A DNA stretch of 64,000 nt, from the NCBI RefSeq assembly GCF_004010195.1, contig NC_057749.1:24133359-24197358 (forward strand), given 5' to 3'. The notes below the pieces were generated by a model. It did no database searches. It was not told where the DNA came from and saw only the letters and a program-made list of their open reading frames with translations. This document shows positions 52,850 to 64,000 of the stretch, piece after piece. The stretch is from Chiloscyllium plagiosum. Lineage: Eukaryota. Made by a program: the position numbers and the translations under genes. Numbering within the stretch: the first letter of the stretch is position 1; the number at the start of each line of letters is the position of its first letter.

Positions 52850-53295
52850 CTTCTGCTTCAAATGTCGACTTTCCTGCTCCTCGGATGCTGCCTGACCGAC
52901 TGTGCTTTTCCAGCACCACACTTTTTGTCCCAGATAAATCCAATTGGTAGCACGGATACAGAAACCATTGGAGACCATGTGAAGTAATTGGGCAGAGTGG
53001 GTACTGCAGATGCTGGAGATTACAGTCAATATTAGAGTGGTGCTGGAAAGCACAGCAGGTCAGGCAGCATCCGAGGAGCAGGAAAATCAATGTTTCAGGC
53101 AAAAGCCCTTCATCAGGAATGAGGCTGGAGTCTCGGGGGTGGATGGATAAATGAGAGGGGGGGGTGAGGCTGTGGGGAATGGAGATGAGAGTGCAATAGA
53201 TGGATGGTGGTGGGGGTGCTGAGCTGGAAGGTTGGAACTGGGGTAAGATGGGGAGAGGGGAAATGAGGAAACTGGTGAAGTCCACATTGATGCTG
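52850..53295 (-). mobile_element. PLE family A 3' fragment plus a separate oppositely oriented arm
   Basis: Minus strand SINVDFTSFLISP ORF end, C-rich UTR and CCTGATGAAGGGCTTTTGCCTGAAAC core at ~53092-53117; second arm at 52855-52922. Confidence 0.78.
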
Positions 53296-54364
53296 TGTGC
53301 AATAGGTGGATGGAGGTGAGGTGAATGTTGCAATAGGTGGATGGAGGTGGGGTGAAGGTGCAAGTAAGTGACTGAGTGTGGGACTGTACTGGCTAAATAG
53401 AGAGGGACTGATTGGTCTCCCTTACCTATCTAAAGGTATAAACATTGGCATCTGAACATGTGCCAGACTCTAAAGCCCCCCTATCCCAATGGCACGTCAC
53501 TGATCCATGCACAGGACATTTTTGCTCTTCAATGCTACACCTCAAACGATACTGGAAACTCTCATTGTAATGCTGCAGCGAAAGCACTGTGTGCTCAGGG
53601 ACACACAGCCCCCAGCTCAGGGACTGTGCCAGGCTGTCTCTCCAGGCTCTTCACTCTCTCTCTCACAGCCCTCACTCACTCTGAGCATCCCTGGATGCTC
53701 ACAGCCTTGCACCACCTTTCTGTGCTTCGCCCCCTCAGCCAGAGATACCGGGCTCTCGGTGCTGCTGGCTTGCCGTGCCCTTTAGTGCAGAGACAACATC
53801 AGGAAGCTTGTCCTGGTTATCAGGAGAGGACTCATCAAATGGAGGGATACAGCCTTCACTCAAGGGGGTCCTGGCACTGTAAGTCAAAGGCAGCCTCCAT
53901 TACCAGTCCAGGGGCTTGGACTCCATCAGTCATCCTTTGAGGTGGTCAGGAAATCTTCTTCTCTGAACTGGTGAGGAGTTGAATGTCTATCATCTCGACT
54001 CTTTCGGCTGGGGGCTGTCCCCCGCCTAGAATGAGACAGAGGCAGGTATTAACCGGGGATGAAAGTGAGTGGCACTATTACTTCGGTAAAGTTGGCACAG
54101 GTGCAGGGAAGCTGGTCTTTCAGAGGACGTCCATGCAGTTGTTCCGAGAACTGGGACATGGAAAGATGGGGTTCTAATCGAATGACAAAGTAGGGGCTGG
54201 GTAGGTAGTTAATGAGACAAGTTTGGTAAGAAATGGTAAGAGGTCTCGCATGGCCTCACAGCAAGAATCCCTTCCAAAACCTTATCACAACTCTCGCTCA
54301 GCTAAAACAAAACTGTCTGATTACAGCCCAGGAGCTACCATTCAGCCCAATGTGTCTTATATTA

Positions 54365-54845
54365 ATGGTAGCCTTCTCATCTTCTTCCCACTTCAATTCC
54401 CCCTCCCACTCTGCCAAGGATATGCAAGTCCTGAGCCTCCACCATTGCCAAATCCAAGCCACCCGACGCCTGGAGGAAGAATCTCTCCAATCACACGGCA
54501 TCAATGTCGACTTCACCAGTTTCCTCATCTCCCTCCCCCCTCCCATCCCAGATCCAACCTTCCAACCCGGCACCGCCCTCTTGAACTGTCCGAACAGTCC
54601 ATCTTCCTTCCCGCTTATCCACTCCACCCTCCCCTCCGACCTATCAGAATCACCTCCCATCTGCATTTAGCAATCACCTTCCCAGCCACCTCACCCCCCC
54701 CCACCCCCACTCCCCTATTTATCTCTCAGCCCCCTTACTCCGCCAACATTCCTGATGAAGAGCTTATGCCTGAAGCGTCGACTCTCCTGCTCCTCGGATG
54801 CTGCCTGATCTGCTGTGCTTTTCCAGGGCCACACTTTGCAACTCT
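54365..54845 (+). mobile_element. Penelope-like element 3' end (endonuclease C-terminus + pLTR), source type of the family A arms
   Basis: HFNSPSHSAKDMQVLSLHHCQIQATRRLEEE..LQSHGINVDFTSFL resembles PLE GIY-YIG C-termini; followed by a hammerhead core (CUGAUGA at 54752, GAAA mutated to GAAG) and the family A arm. Confidence 0.85.
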
Positions 54846-57735
54846 ACTTCATCTGATTCTTATTAAAACAGCCCACTACTCTTTCCTCCTCCACCATGTT
54901 TTCTTTGGTTTGCCTTTAACTGTATCCATTCACCTCAACTCCGTGTGGAGGTAAAGTCCACATCCGTGTTTTTATTTATTTTTAAAATGTGTTTCTTTTT
55001 TTCTGGTGCATTTATAATGGTATTCAGTTGTGTGGCAGTGTGCTCAGTGGCTTGAAATGTGGATAAACTGAGTCACCTTGTCAGAAAAACACCTTTGAGA
55101 ATTCGTGACAGTGAACTACACATAACATATGAACAGTCCGTGTTCTTAGAAACACAAATTAATTCATTATAAAGGCCTGATATTAAGAGAGGTCACTATC
55201 GTGTGTCTGTGTGTGTGTGTGTGTCTCATTGGAGTTGGCAACAAGTCAGCTTTTATTGCAGTCCAATAGTGATTAGATGTGAGGAGATTTCCAGCTTTAG
55301 TTTAATACTCCAATGGAGCAGATTCCAGGGGGCTGGCTGTCCAATTGGACCACACAGTGATTCCCGATACAATGAGGTTCTGATGTTGGGAACAGCAATT
55401 AACACTTGGGGAGTATCAATTTCATAGCCCTTTGAAGACATCAATAAAAAAGTGCATAATTATAGGATCATAGAATGGAATGACCACAGTACTGAAAGAG
55501 ACCATTCAGCCTTTCACTGCCCTGTGAGCTGTCTGCAAGAGTAACTTCAATATTCCCATGCCTCATCCGTTTCCCTGAAGCCCTGCAAATTTTTTCATCT
55601 TCAGATAATTATCTACTCCCCTTTCAGGGAATCAGTTTAGCTCAGTTGGCTGGATTGTTGGTTTATAGAGCAGTGTGATACCAACAGAGTGGGTTCAATT
55701 CCCATCACTGGTTTGAGGTTACCATGAAGGGCTCTCCTTCTCAACCTCTTCCCTTGCCTGAGGTCTGGTGGCCCTCAGGTTAAATCGCCACCAGTTGCTT
55801 CCATCTCTCGAATGGGAGAGCAGCCCTATGGTGTGGTAAGACTATGGTGATACAACAACTTCCCCTTCATAACCATAGCTGAATTCCCCTCCACCACAGT
55901 CTCAGGCTATTTAGTTAGAAGTGGCACAGTGCTAATGTCACAGGTCGAGTTATTCTGTAGGCACTGGGGTCCTGATTTCAAATGGTTCAAATTCCATGAC
56001 AGCAGTTGACATAGTGGCTGTGAAACTATTGTTGGAAAAACCTATCATGCTCAGTAATGTCCTACCTACATTGGACTCCAGATCCACAAAAATAGCCAAG
56101 CGAGCCAAGGGCAATTCGTGACGGGCACTTGACGATGCATGATTTTCCACACTCCCTCCATTATCTTTTGTTTCTTTGCCAATTTCTTTAAATCAGTGAT
56201 TCCTACTTGAGTTTTCCAACAGCAGGAACAGTTAATCCCTATCTACTCTGTCCAGGCACCTCATAATTTTGAACACCTCGAGCAAATCTTCTCTCAACCT
56301 TCTTTTTCTCCATGAAGAACCACCCTAACTTCTCCAACCTCTCCTTGTAACTGAATTCCGAATCCTTGAAATGATTATTGCATTTCCTTTTTCTCTGCAG
56401 CCTCTCCAATGCCTTTTCGAAAGTGTAATGTACAGAGTTGGCCCACCATGTAAAGAGTTAACTGTACTACTACTTTAACTATAGCTACTGAGCTCACATT
56501 GGCCTGAGACCTGATGGCTGAAGGTGCGAGCAAAGTCCTATTCTATCAAGCTTCTGTTAATAAAGGTAGAGTCACCATATCCCTAGAGGAACATAGGGCT
56601 GTCCTCCCATTAAAGAGAGATGACTGGTGGTGGCTTAACCTGTGGGTCACCATGCCTCAGGCAAGGGGAGACGTTGAGAAGGAGAATCCTTTGTGATAAC
56701 CTCAGCTGATGTGGGAATTGAAACCACACCATTGGCATCACTCTGCAATTGTAAACTAGCCATTCAGCCAACTGAGCTAACTGACCACATGTACCTGCAT
56801 ATAGTGATCTAATGGTTAATAAATGTTAATAGGGTCAGCCATATTGTTGCAGATCTGGAGTCCCAGGTAGGTCGGACATGAAGATTTTCTTCTCTCAAGG
56901 ATATTATTGATTAGTCTTGTGGTCAACTCTCATCTGCCCCTACCTCCTCAAAGCTGCTAACAATATCCTAACACATAATGCTCGAGCTGAGGCAGTGTTT
57001 ACTAAACATTTTACATACCCTGTGCTTCGACTGGTGAAGCACATGATCCTGTATTCAATGATTCGGCTGCATATATCCTGGCAAAGTCTGCTCCTGCACC
57101 CCCATTATAATGTACATTTAATTCATAATGTCTCTCCTCATTCTTCCTACCAAATAGAACCCTTGCCTTCAGGGAGCCCATGCTCAGAGACAGCTTCCCT
57201 GCACCCAATCAGAGCCAAGTAAATCCCATGCCCTGGAGAGAAGACTCATTGAGAACCTGTTCCTCCAATCAATATCTGCCTCTCTCCCTCACGCACTTCA
57301 ATGATGCTCTCCAGAGTGAAAGTGGTCACAGCGGAAGAGAGATTGGAAGGACTGGAACAGGTTTGATCACAGGGATGGGTGGAGTCGGCAGACCGGATCA
57401 GGACCGCAGATCTGACCTCTTGGTTGTGCATTGCATAGTTCCATCCATCACATACTGCTTCCTCAGCTTGGCATGCATGTAGTCCTGATCTGTAGCTTCA
57501 CCAAGCTGACACTTCATTTTGAGGTACAGCTCATGCAGCCCCTGGCAATGCCCTCCTGCACTCTTCAATGAACTACATAATCCAAGATGGAGGATGTGAA
57601 AAATTTCTGGCTGTAACAGCTGCTCCTTTTTTTTTGAGGTATTTTAGGTGTTGGAAGTTGTTTCCTCGAATTCCAGGAGCAGCAATTAATGCTTTGCATG
57701 CTGTTGCGTTTTTTTGGAACTCTGGAGAAAGAAAC

Positions 57736-58450
57736 GTTTACAAAATCATGAGGGGCATGGATAGGATAAATAAACAAAGTCTTTTCCCTGGGGTGGGGGA
57801 GTCCAGAACTAGAGGGCATAGGTTTAGGGTGAGATGGGAAAGATATAAAAGAGACCTAAGGGGCAACTTTTTCACACAGAAGGTGGTACGTGTATGGAAT
57901 GAGCTTCCAGAGGAAGTGGTGGAGGCTGGTACAATTACAACATTTAAAAGCCATCTGGATGGGTATATTAATAGGAAGGGTTTGGAGGGATATGGGCCAG
58001 GTGCTGGCAGGTAGGACTAGATTGGGTTGGGATATCTGGTCGGCATGGATGAGTTGGGCCGAAGGGTCTGCTTCCGTGCTGTACATCTCTATGACTCTAC
58101 GATCCCTTGACTTGATGGTAATGGTGGATTGGGGGCATGCTGGGTCGTGGGTAGGTGAGTCTAAAACTAGGGGGCATAGGTTTAAGGTGAGAGGGGAAAG
58201 ATTTAAAAGAGACTTAAGGGGCAACTTTATCATGCAGAAGGTGGTGATTGTATGGAATGAGCTGCCAGAGGAAGTGGTGGAGGCTGGTACAATTACAACA
58301 ATTAAAAGACATCTCGTTCAATAGGAAGGGTTTAGAAGGATATGGGCCAAATGCTGGCAAATGGGACTAGATTAATTTAGAATATCTGGTCAGCATGGAT
58401 GAGTTGGACCGAAGGGTCTGTTTCCGTGCTGTGCATCTCTATGACTCTCA
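57736..58450 (+). mobile_element. Two tandem CR1/HER1 3' fragments (57736-58100, 58150-58450)
   Basis: VYKIMRGMDRINKQSLFP..NFFTQKVVRVWNELPEEVVEAG; two ATGACTCT tails. Confidence 0.92.
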
Positions 58451-59454
58451 GTCATTGCTATTGACTGAGACACAGGAATCGGTTGCAGTTCTCCAAACAA
58501 TACTTCAGTTCAAATGGCACATTTTGAATACTGTGTCTCCGCTGCCTCAGTCAACTTAAATGATCTAATAGCAATGCCAGGCGGCAAAAGATGCCCTGAC
58601 TGGGTTAGGTTTATTTTGATAAGTCCTTTTTTTCAGGATGACTCAGATTTTCCATAACAAGACAAGGCTTCATGACAGCATTCTAAGATAAGAGGGAGGC
58701 GTTTCAGTGAAAGCTACATTGTGATGGCAAGTTTAGAAAGAGCCAGGGTTAGTGTCCTTTTAACCCCATACCATAGGACTTTGGCAAGGTGACTCCCTAT
58801 TATTTATTTAAATACTTCTCAAACTCTCTGGCGTACAAACAAATTGGGTTGATTACTAATCACATCTGCCAAGCAACTTGATCAGAGGCTCTAAGTAGTT
58901 CTGCTGACTGCTCGTTCTCAACTTTTGCTTTATATATCTGTCGAGTGGCTCAGAGACAGCCTCATAACCAGGAGCAGCCATTGCAAGGAACTGACTCGTA
59001 AAGCTCCTGTTCAAATTATTGCACCCTTGAGAGCCTCATACATGGACCAAGTACCTACCAAGCAGGATCCTGTATCCATTCCCTCTGCACAGGATGGAAA
59101 CTTGTGTGTAATCCATGGAGATTGCCTCAGTTAATATAACTTGATATGTCGATGTAGTCCTATGTCAGGACTAGCTCACAGGGAAAGTCAAACAACTTTA
59201 AAGCACTTGAGAAATGCATTAAGCACAGATAGGAACATGTAGTCTCAGGACTGCCAACAACATTGATACAATGATTACAGTCCATTGGCCTCTGTGATAT
59301 ATATGTTACACACCTTTGTGTCCAAAAGCCACACAATGGATACAGTGAATTTTCAAAAACATTGATGACTATTTCACTGTATTCAATGATGGGGTACAGA
59401 GGGTCCAATCCTTGGACGCATCAATTCCCAGCCAGACTAGTTGGTGAGACAGAA

Positions 59455-60113
59455 AATGAGGCTGGATAGGCTGGGATTTTTTTTCCCTGGAGTGTGGGAG
59501 GCTGAGGGGTGAACTTATAAAGGTCGATAAAATCATGAGGAGCATAGATAGGATGAAGAGCACAAAGGTCTTTTCCCTAGGATAGAGGAATTCAGAACCC
59601 CTAAAGGCATTGTTTTAAGATGTGCAAGTGCCAGTGTTGGACTGGGGTGGACAAAGTCAGAAGTCACACGACACCAGGTTATAGTCCCAACAGGTTGATT
59701 TGAAATCACAAGCTTTCGGAGAGCTACTCCCTTCATCCAGTTCACCTGACGAAGGAGCAGTGCTCCAAGAGCTTGTGATTTCAAAGAAAAGACCTATTGG
59801 ATTATAATCTGGTGTTGTGTGACTTCTGACTTAGTTTTAAGGTGAGAGGGCAAGATCTTAAAGGGTCCTGTGGGGCAACATTTTGACACAGACGGTGGTG
59901 CATATATTGAATGAACTGCCAGAGGAAGTAGTAGAGATGAGTACAATTTCAACATTTAAAAGTTATTTGGACAGGGTACAGGTGGAGGAAAGATTGAGAG
60001 GGTATTGGGTCAAATGCAGGCAAATGGGACTAGTTCAGATTAGGAAACCTGATCAGCATGGACAAGTTGGGCTGAAGGGTCTGTTTCTGTGCTGTATGAC
60101 TCTATGACTCTAT
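59455..60113 (+). mobile_element. CR1 3' fragment interrupted by a family C-related hairpin element (59622-59833)
   Basis: CR1 homology on both sides; insert has tail + AAGTCAGAAGTCACAC...GTGTGACTTCTGACTT inverted ends; TSD GTTTTAAGRTG at 59612-22 and 59834-44. Confidence 0.85.
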
Positions 60114-61249
60114 CTTTCCTAATGGATAGAGTTTATTAACTACAGCTTACAGTCTTACAGCTGCTTCCACACACCAGCTCCCCCATGTTGCCCCTTTATA
60201 AAACAAAATCCTTTGATCAGCCTGTTGGGGTGTGTTGTGACACATGTCCGTGGCCAGCACACTGTGGGCAGGGGGACTTAAACCTGGTCCTTCTTGCCCA
60301 GAAATAGAAACACAAATGTCATGCCTCAAGACCATCTACTCCCCATTTATATCTGTCCAGTCAATCAGCTAATCAATTAGAACCTCAGAAACCCACTTCA
60401 CGACAAGCAAATGCTGCATTAACAGGGCACAAAGGGTTTACTTGGACCTATTGGCACCCAGCGTTCACAGTGTAGCCTCTGGCACAGGGAGTTCAGTCTG
60501 TACACCACCCCTGCCCCACCTCTCTGTCCCTGCAGCATGGACATATCAGGCTATATTTCACCCCATACTGGGCACAAGAGAGTTCAAGCTGTACTTCCCT
60601 GGGACACAGAGGTTTCAGTCTTTACCTTCCCAGTACAAACATCCCCAACCACTCCCCCTAACTGGGGCAGAGAGAATTCGGAACTCTCCCCTAGAGCACA
60701 GACAGTTCAGTTGTAACCTCCCTCCCCACCCCCATCCAGAGCACAGACGGTCTCGTTTGTACCCACACAGCTCCTTCCCCAGGCAGAGAGAGTCTAAACT
60801 GTATTCCAGGCTGACCAGTGAGAGTTGTACTCTGGGGTAGCGGGCTGTAATCTAATAAGCCTCAGGATAGAGTGGGTACACTCTGTACCCTAAGGATGTA
60901 GGGTAATCAGTCTGTACCCTCACGCCAGCGGGTTCAGTCTATATCCTTAGGGTAGGTAGTCAGGTTGTCTGTAGATGAGTGAATCCTTAAAGAAGCACTA
61001 GGACTTAATAAGGAGAAGGTGGTAGGTAATGAGATTGGGGTCTAGGAGGGGATGAAGAGGTTATGGAGGGGGTGTCGTTACAGGGATTGAGTTTCAAAGT
61101 GAGGCGGTTACTGAGATTGGGAACTAAAAGCTGGGGGTTAGTGAGTTTGGATCTTGGAGGGAGTGGGTTAGTGGGATTGGGGTATAATGGGGGGGGTTCA
61201 AATTGGTGTTTCAAAGGGAATTAGTGAAATTGAGCTCTAAGGGGAAGGA

Positions 61250-61450
61250 AAAAGTGAGGACTGCAGATGCTGGAGATCAGAGCTGAAAATGTGTTGCTGG
61301 AAAAGCGCAGCAGGTCAGGCAGCATCCAAGGAACAGGAGAATCGACGTTTCGGGAATCCTGAAGAAGGGCTTATGCCTGAAACGTCCATTCTCCTGTTCC
61401 TTGGATGCTGCCTGACCTGCTGCGCTTTTCCAGCAACACATTTTCAGCTC
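61250..61450 (-). mobile_element. PLE-derived hairpin element (family A) ~630 bp upstream of the TPM1 ATG
   Basis: Same arms as 2325-2561; 17-bp direct repeat AGCTCTAAGGGGAAGGA at 61233-49 and 61446-62. Confidence 0.88.
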
Positions 61451-61619
61451 TAAGGGGAAGGAGTTAGATTAGTTTTTTTTTAAAGATTAGGAATTTAGAG
61501 GGAGAGGTTAACACAATTGGCATCTAATAGAAAGGGTGTCAGTGACATTGGGTGGTGGGATGGNNNNNNNNNNNNNNNNNNNGGCGGCCGGGCTTCCCCC
61601 CCCCCCCCCCCCCCCCCAA

Positions 61620-62247
<628 letters not shown>

Positions 62248-62354
62248 TGAAAACCTACCCTAAAGGGGGCAACTCCAGTATCTGGAGCCCAATCCCCAGA
62301 TGTTTATAAACAAGGGATTAAAAAGGCTGTAAAGTATGCAAAAAGAAAAGCGCG

Positions 62355-62570
62355 TCGATGGTTAACGTGCAGCAATGTCGACTGTAAAATGTGCAAGTTA
62401 ACCCGCAGATAAACTGTAGACTGAAATGTGCAAAAGTTAACGCTTAAATTGTTAAAATGCAGCATTGTAGACTGTAAAATGTGCTAAATTAATGTGTAGG
62501 TAGTTAAAATGCAGCTTTGTAGACCTTAAAATGTGCAAACTTAACGCGCAGATGATTAAAATGCGAGTCT
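62355..62570. repeat. Degenerate ~40-52 nt tandem repeat in TPM1 intron 1
   Basis: GTTAAAATGCAGC..TGTAGACTGTAAAATGTGC..TTAAC recurs about 4 times. Confidence 0.7.
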
Positions 62571-62720
62571 TTTTTTTAAAAACCTTACGGATTTGTAGAA
62601 AAAGCATGCTCTTGTCCGATTCTATCCAGATTTGCATCAATGTTAATTTGTTGTGGGGAGGATGGGGCTAATTTGGACCACGGCTTTGTTTGATGGCTCT
62701 CTGATGAATTGTCTGTGTAG

Positions 62721-62846
62721 TTTGAGGATGATGCTTTGCAACTAGAGAAGAAATTGCGAACCGTGGAGGATGAGAGGGATAAGTTTATAGAAGATTTCAA
62801 CAAGGCGGAAGAGCGGCAGCTGCTGGCGGAGGAGAATGCCACTAAG
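62721..62846 (+). CDS. TPM1: Alpha-tropomyosin alternative exon 2a (smooth-muscle type, aa 39-80)
   Basis: tgtgtag|TTT...AAG|gtattg; 126 nt, phase 0; FEDDALQLEKKLRTVEDERDKFIEDFNKAEERQLLAEENATK resembles tetrapod exon 2a (EDERD, KAE, AEE.A.K motifs); same length as 2b and directly upstream of it. Confidence 0.9.
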
Positions 62847-63295
<449 letters not shown>

Positions 63296-63699
63296 TGACA
63301 AGTTTCAAAAGCACCCCCACCCCTCACTGATTCTTGTGATCCATTTATATTCTGTTTCACTCAATTCCTCTCCCCAAATGCTTCGGCAGGCAGCTGGATG
63401 CCAAGACGACATTAATAATATCCCTTGTAGGTTTAAATCAGGATTAGGTGGTGTGTATGTCCTGAGTAGGTATCTGGGTGTATTTATAGCTCAGTGCTTT
63501 ATATGGCATGGATATGCACTGGCTTAAGGGAGCTGTCCCTGGGGGAGAGGCACGTATTTGTCCCCTTGTCAAACAAGGCTGTTTAACAAAAAGGGAAATC
63601 CACTCGTAACTCAATCTCAGTGCAAACGATCAGGAGCAAAAAAATCTGACTGAGAGATCCCATCAAACGCTCCCACTAAAGACTCTTTTGCAGCGCCCT

Positions 63700-63860
63700 A
63701 CAACCAGCGGATCCAATTGACAGGAACCCAAAATCCACTCCCGCCCCAATCTATTTGTAATGCGTTCCGTAAAGGATATTCCTTAAAAGGAAAAGTATGC
63801 GGAGTATTCCGAATAGCATTTATATCCCTGGCATTTTGGAGAGCCAATAACCCCGGCTGC
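63700..63860 (+). promoter_or_regulatory. Intronic motif cluster with a perfect CArG box
   Basis: CCTTAAAAGG (CC-W6-GG) at 63781-90; CCAAT at 63713, 63746 and 63844; GC box CCGCCC at 63741; MEF2-like CTATTTGTAA at 63751. Confidence 0.45.
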
Positions 63861-64000
63861 TTCAGATAACCACAGTATTAACTTTGCCAAGTTCCATCAC
63901 CCCTGGGAGCTGTATTAACAAGCGCCACGTGTAAATCCCGCTCCCAGTTCTGAGCTATTTACACTTTATTGTTATGTCCCATAGAACGGGTAACAACATC

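Noticed and set aside
52641..54954. 240-aa and 243-aa ORFs as host genes
   Set aside because: They are largely off-frame or chimeric reads through PLE remnants; the recurring LLLLGCCLTCCAFP and VLEKHSRSGSIRG peptides come from the pLTR.
1..61500. Additional host protein-coding exons upstream of TPM1
   Set aside because: No ORF or splice-bounded segment resembled a cellular protein I recognise; small exons or lncRNAs cannot be excluded by eye.
61564..61617. Poly-C/G-quadruplex promoter element
   Set aside because: It abuts a 19-N gap, so homopolymer length and local sequence are unreliable.

Overview
Eukaryotic genomic DNA, almost certainly from a shark (elasmobranch): it carries HE1-type tRNA/V-SINEs, DeuSINEs and HER1/CR1 LINEs. 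About 61.5 kb is repeat-dense intergenic sequence: CR1, Rex1/Babar-like and Tx1 LINE fragments, SINEs, a decayed class-I ERV integrase, Penelope-like elements (PLEs), simple repeats and two assembly gaps. The last 2.4 kb hold the 5' end of alpha-tropomyosin (TPM1, + strand): promoter, exon 1a and the mutually exclusive exons 2a and 2b. Two things stand out. (1) At least four distinct families of short PLE-derived hairpin elements share one layout (14-17 bp TSD, inverted arms, one-sided ~30-35 nt tail), and their arms carry a minimal hammerhead-ribozyme core with covarying stems. Two sister copies have the hairpin centre flipped relative to the tail. (2) The 2a/2b intron appears to keep the distal-branch-point, polypyrimidine, CUG and CAC architecture known from mammalian Tpm1. 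Repeat boundaries are approximate and family names come from recognition, not from database searches.
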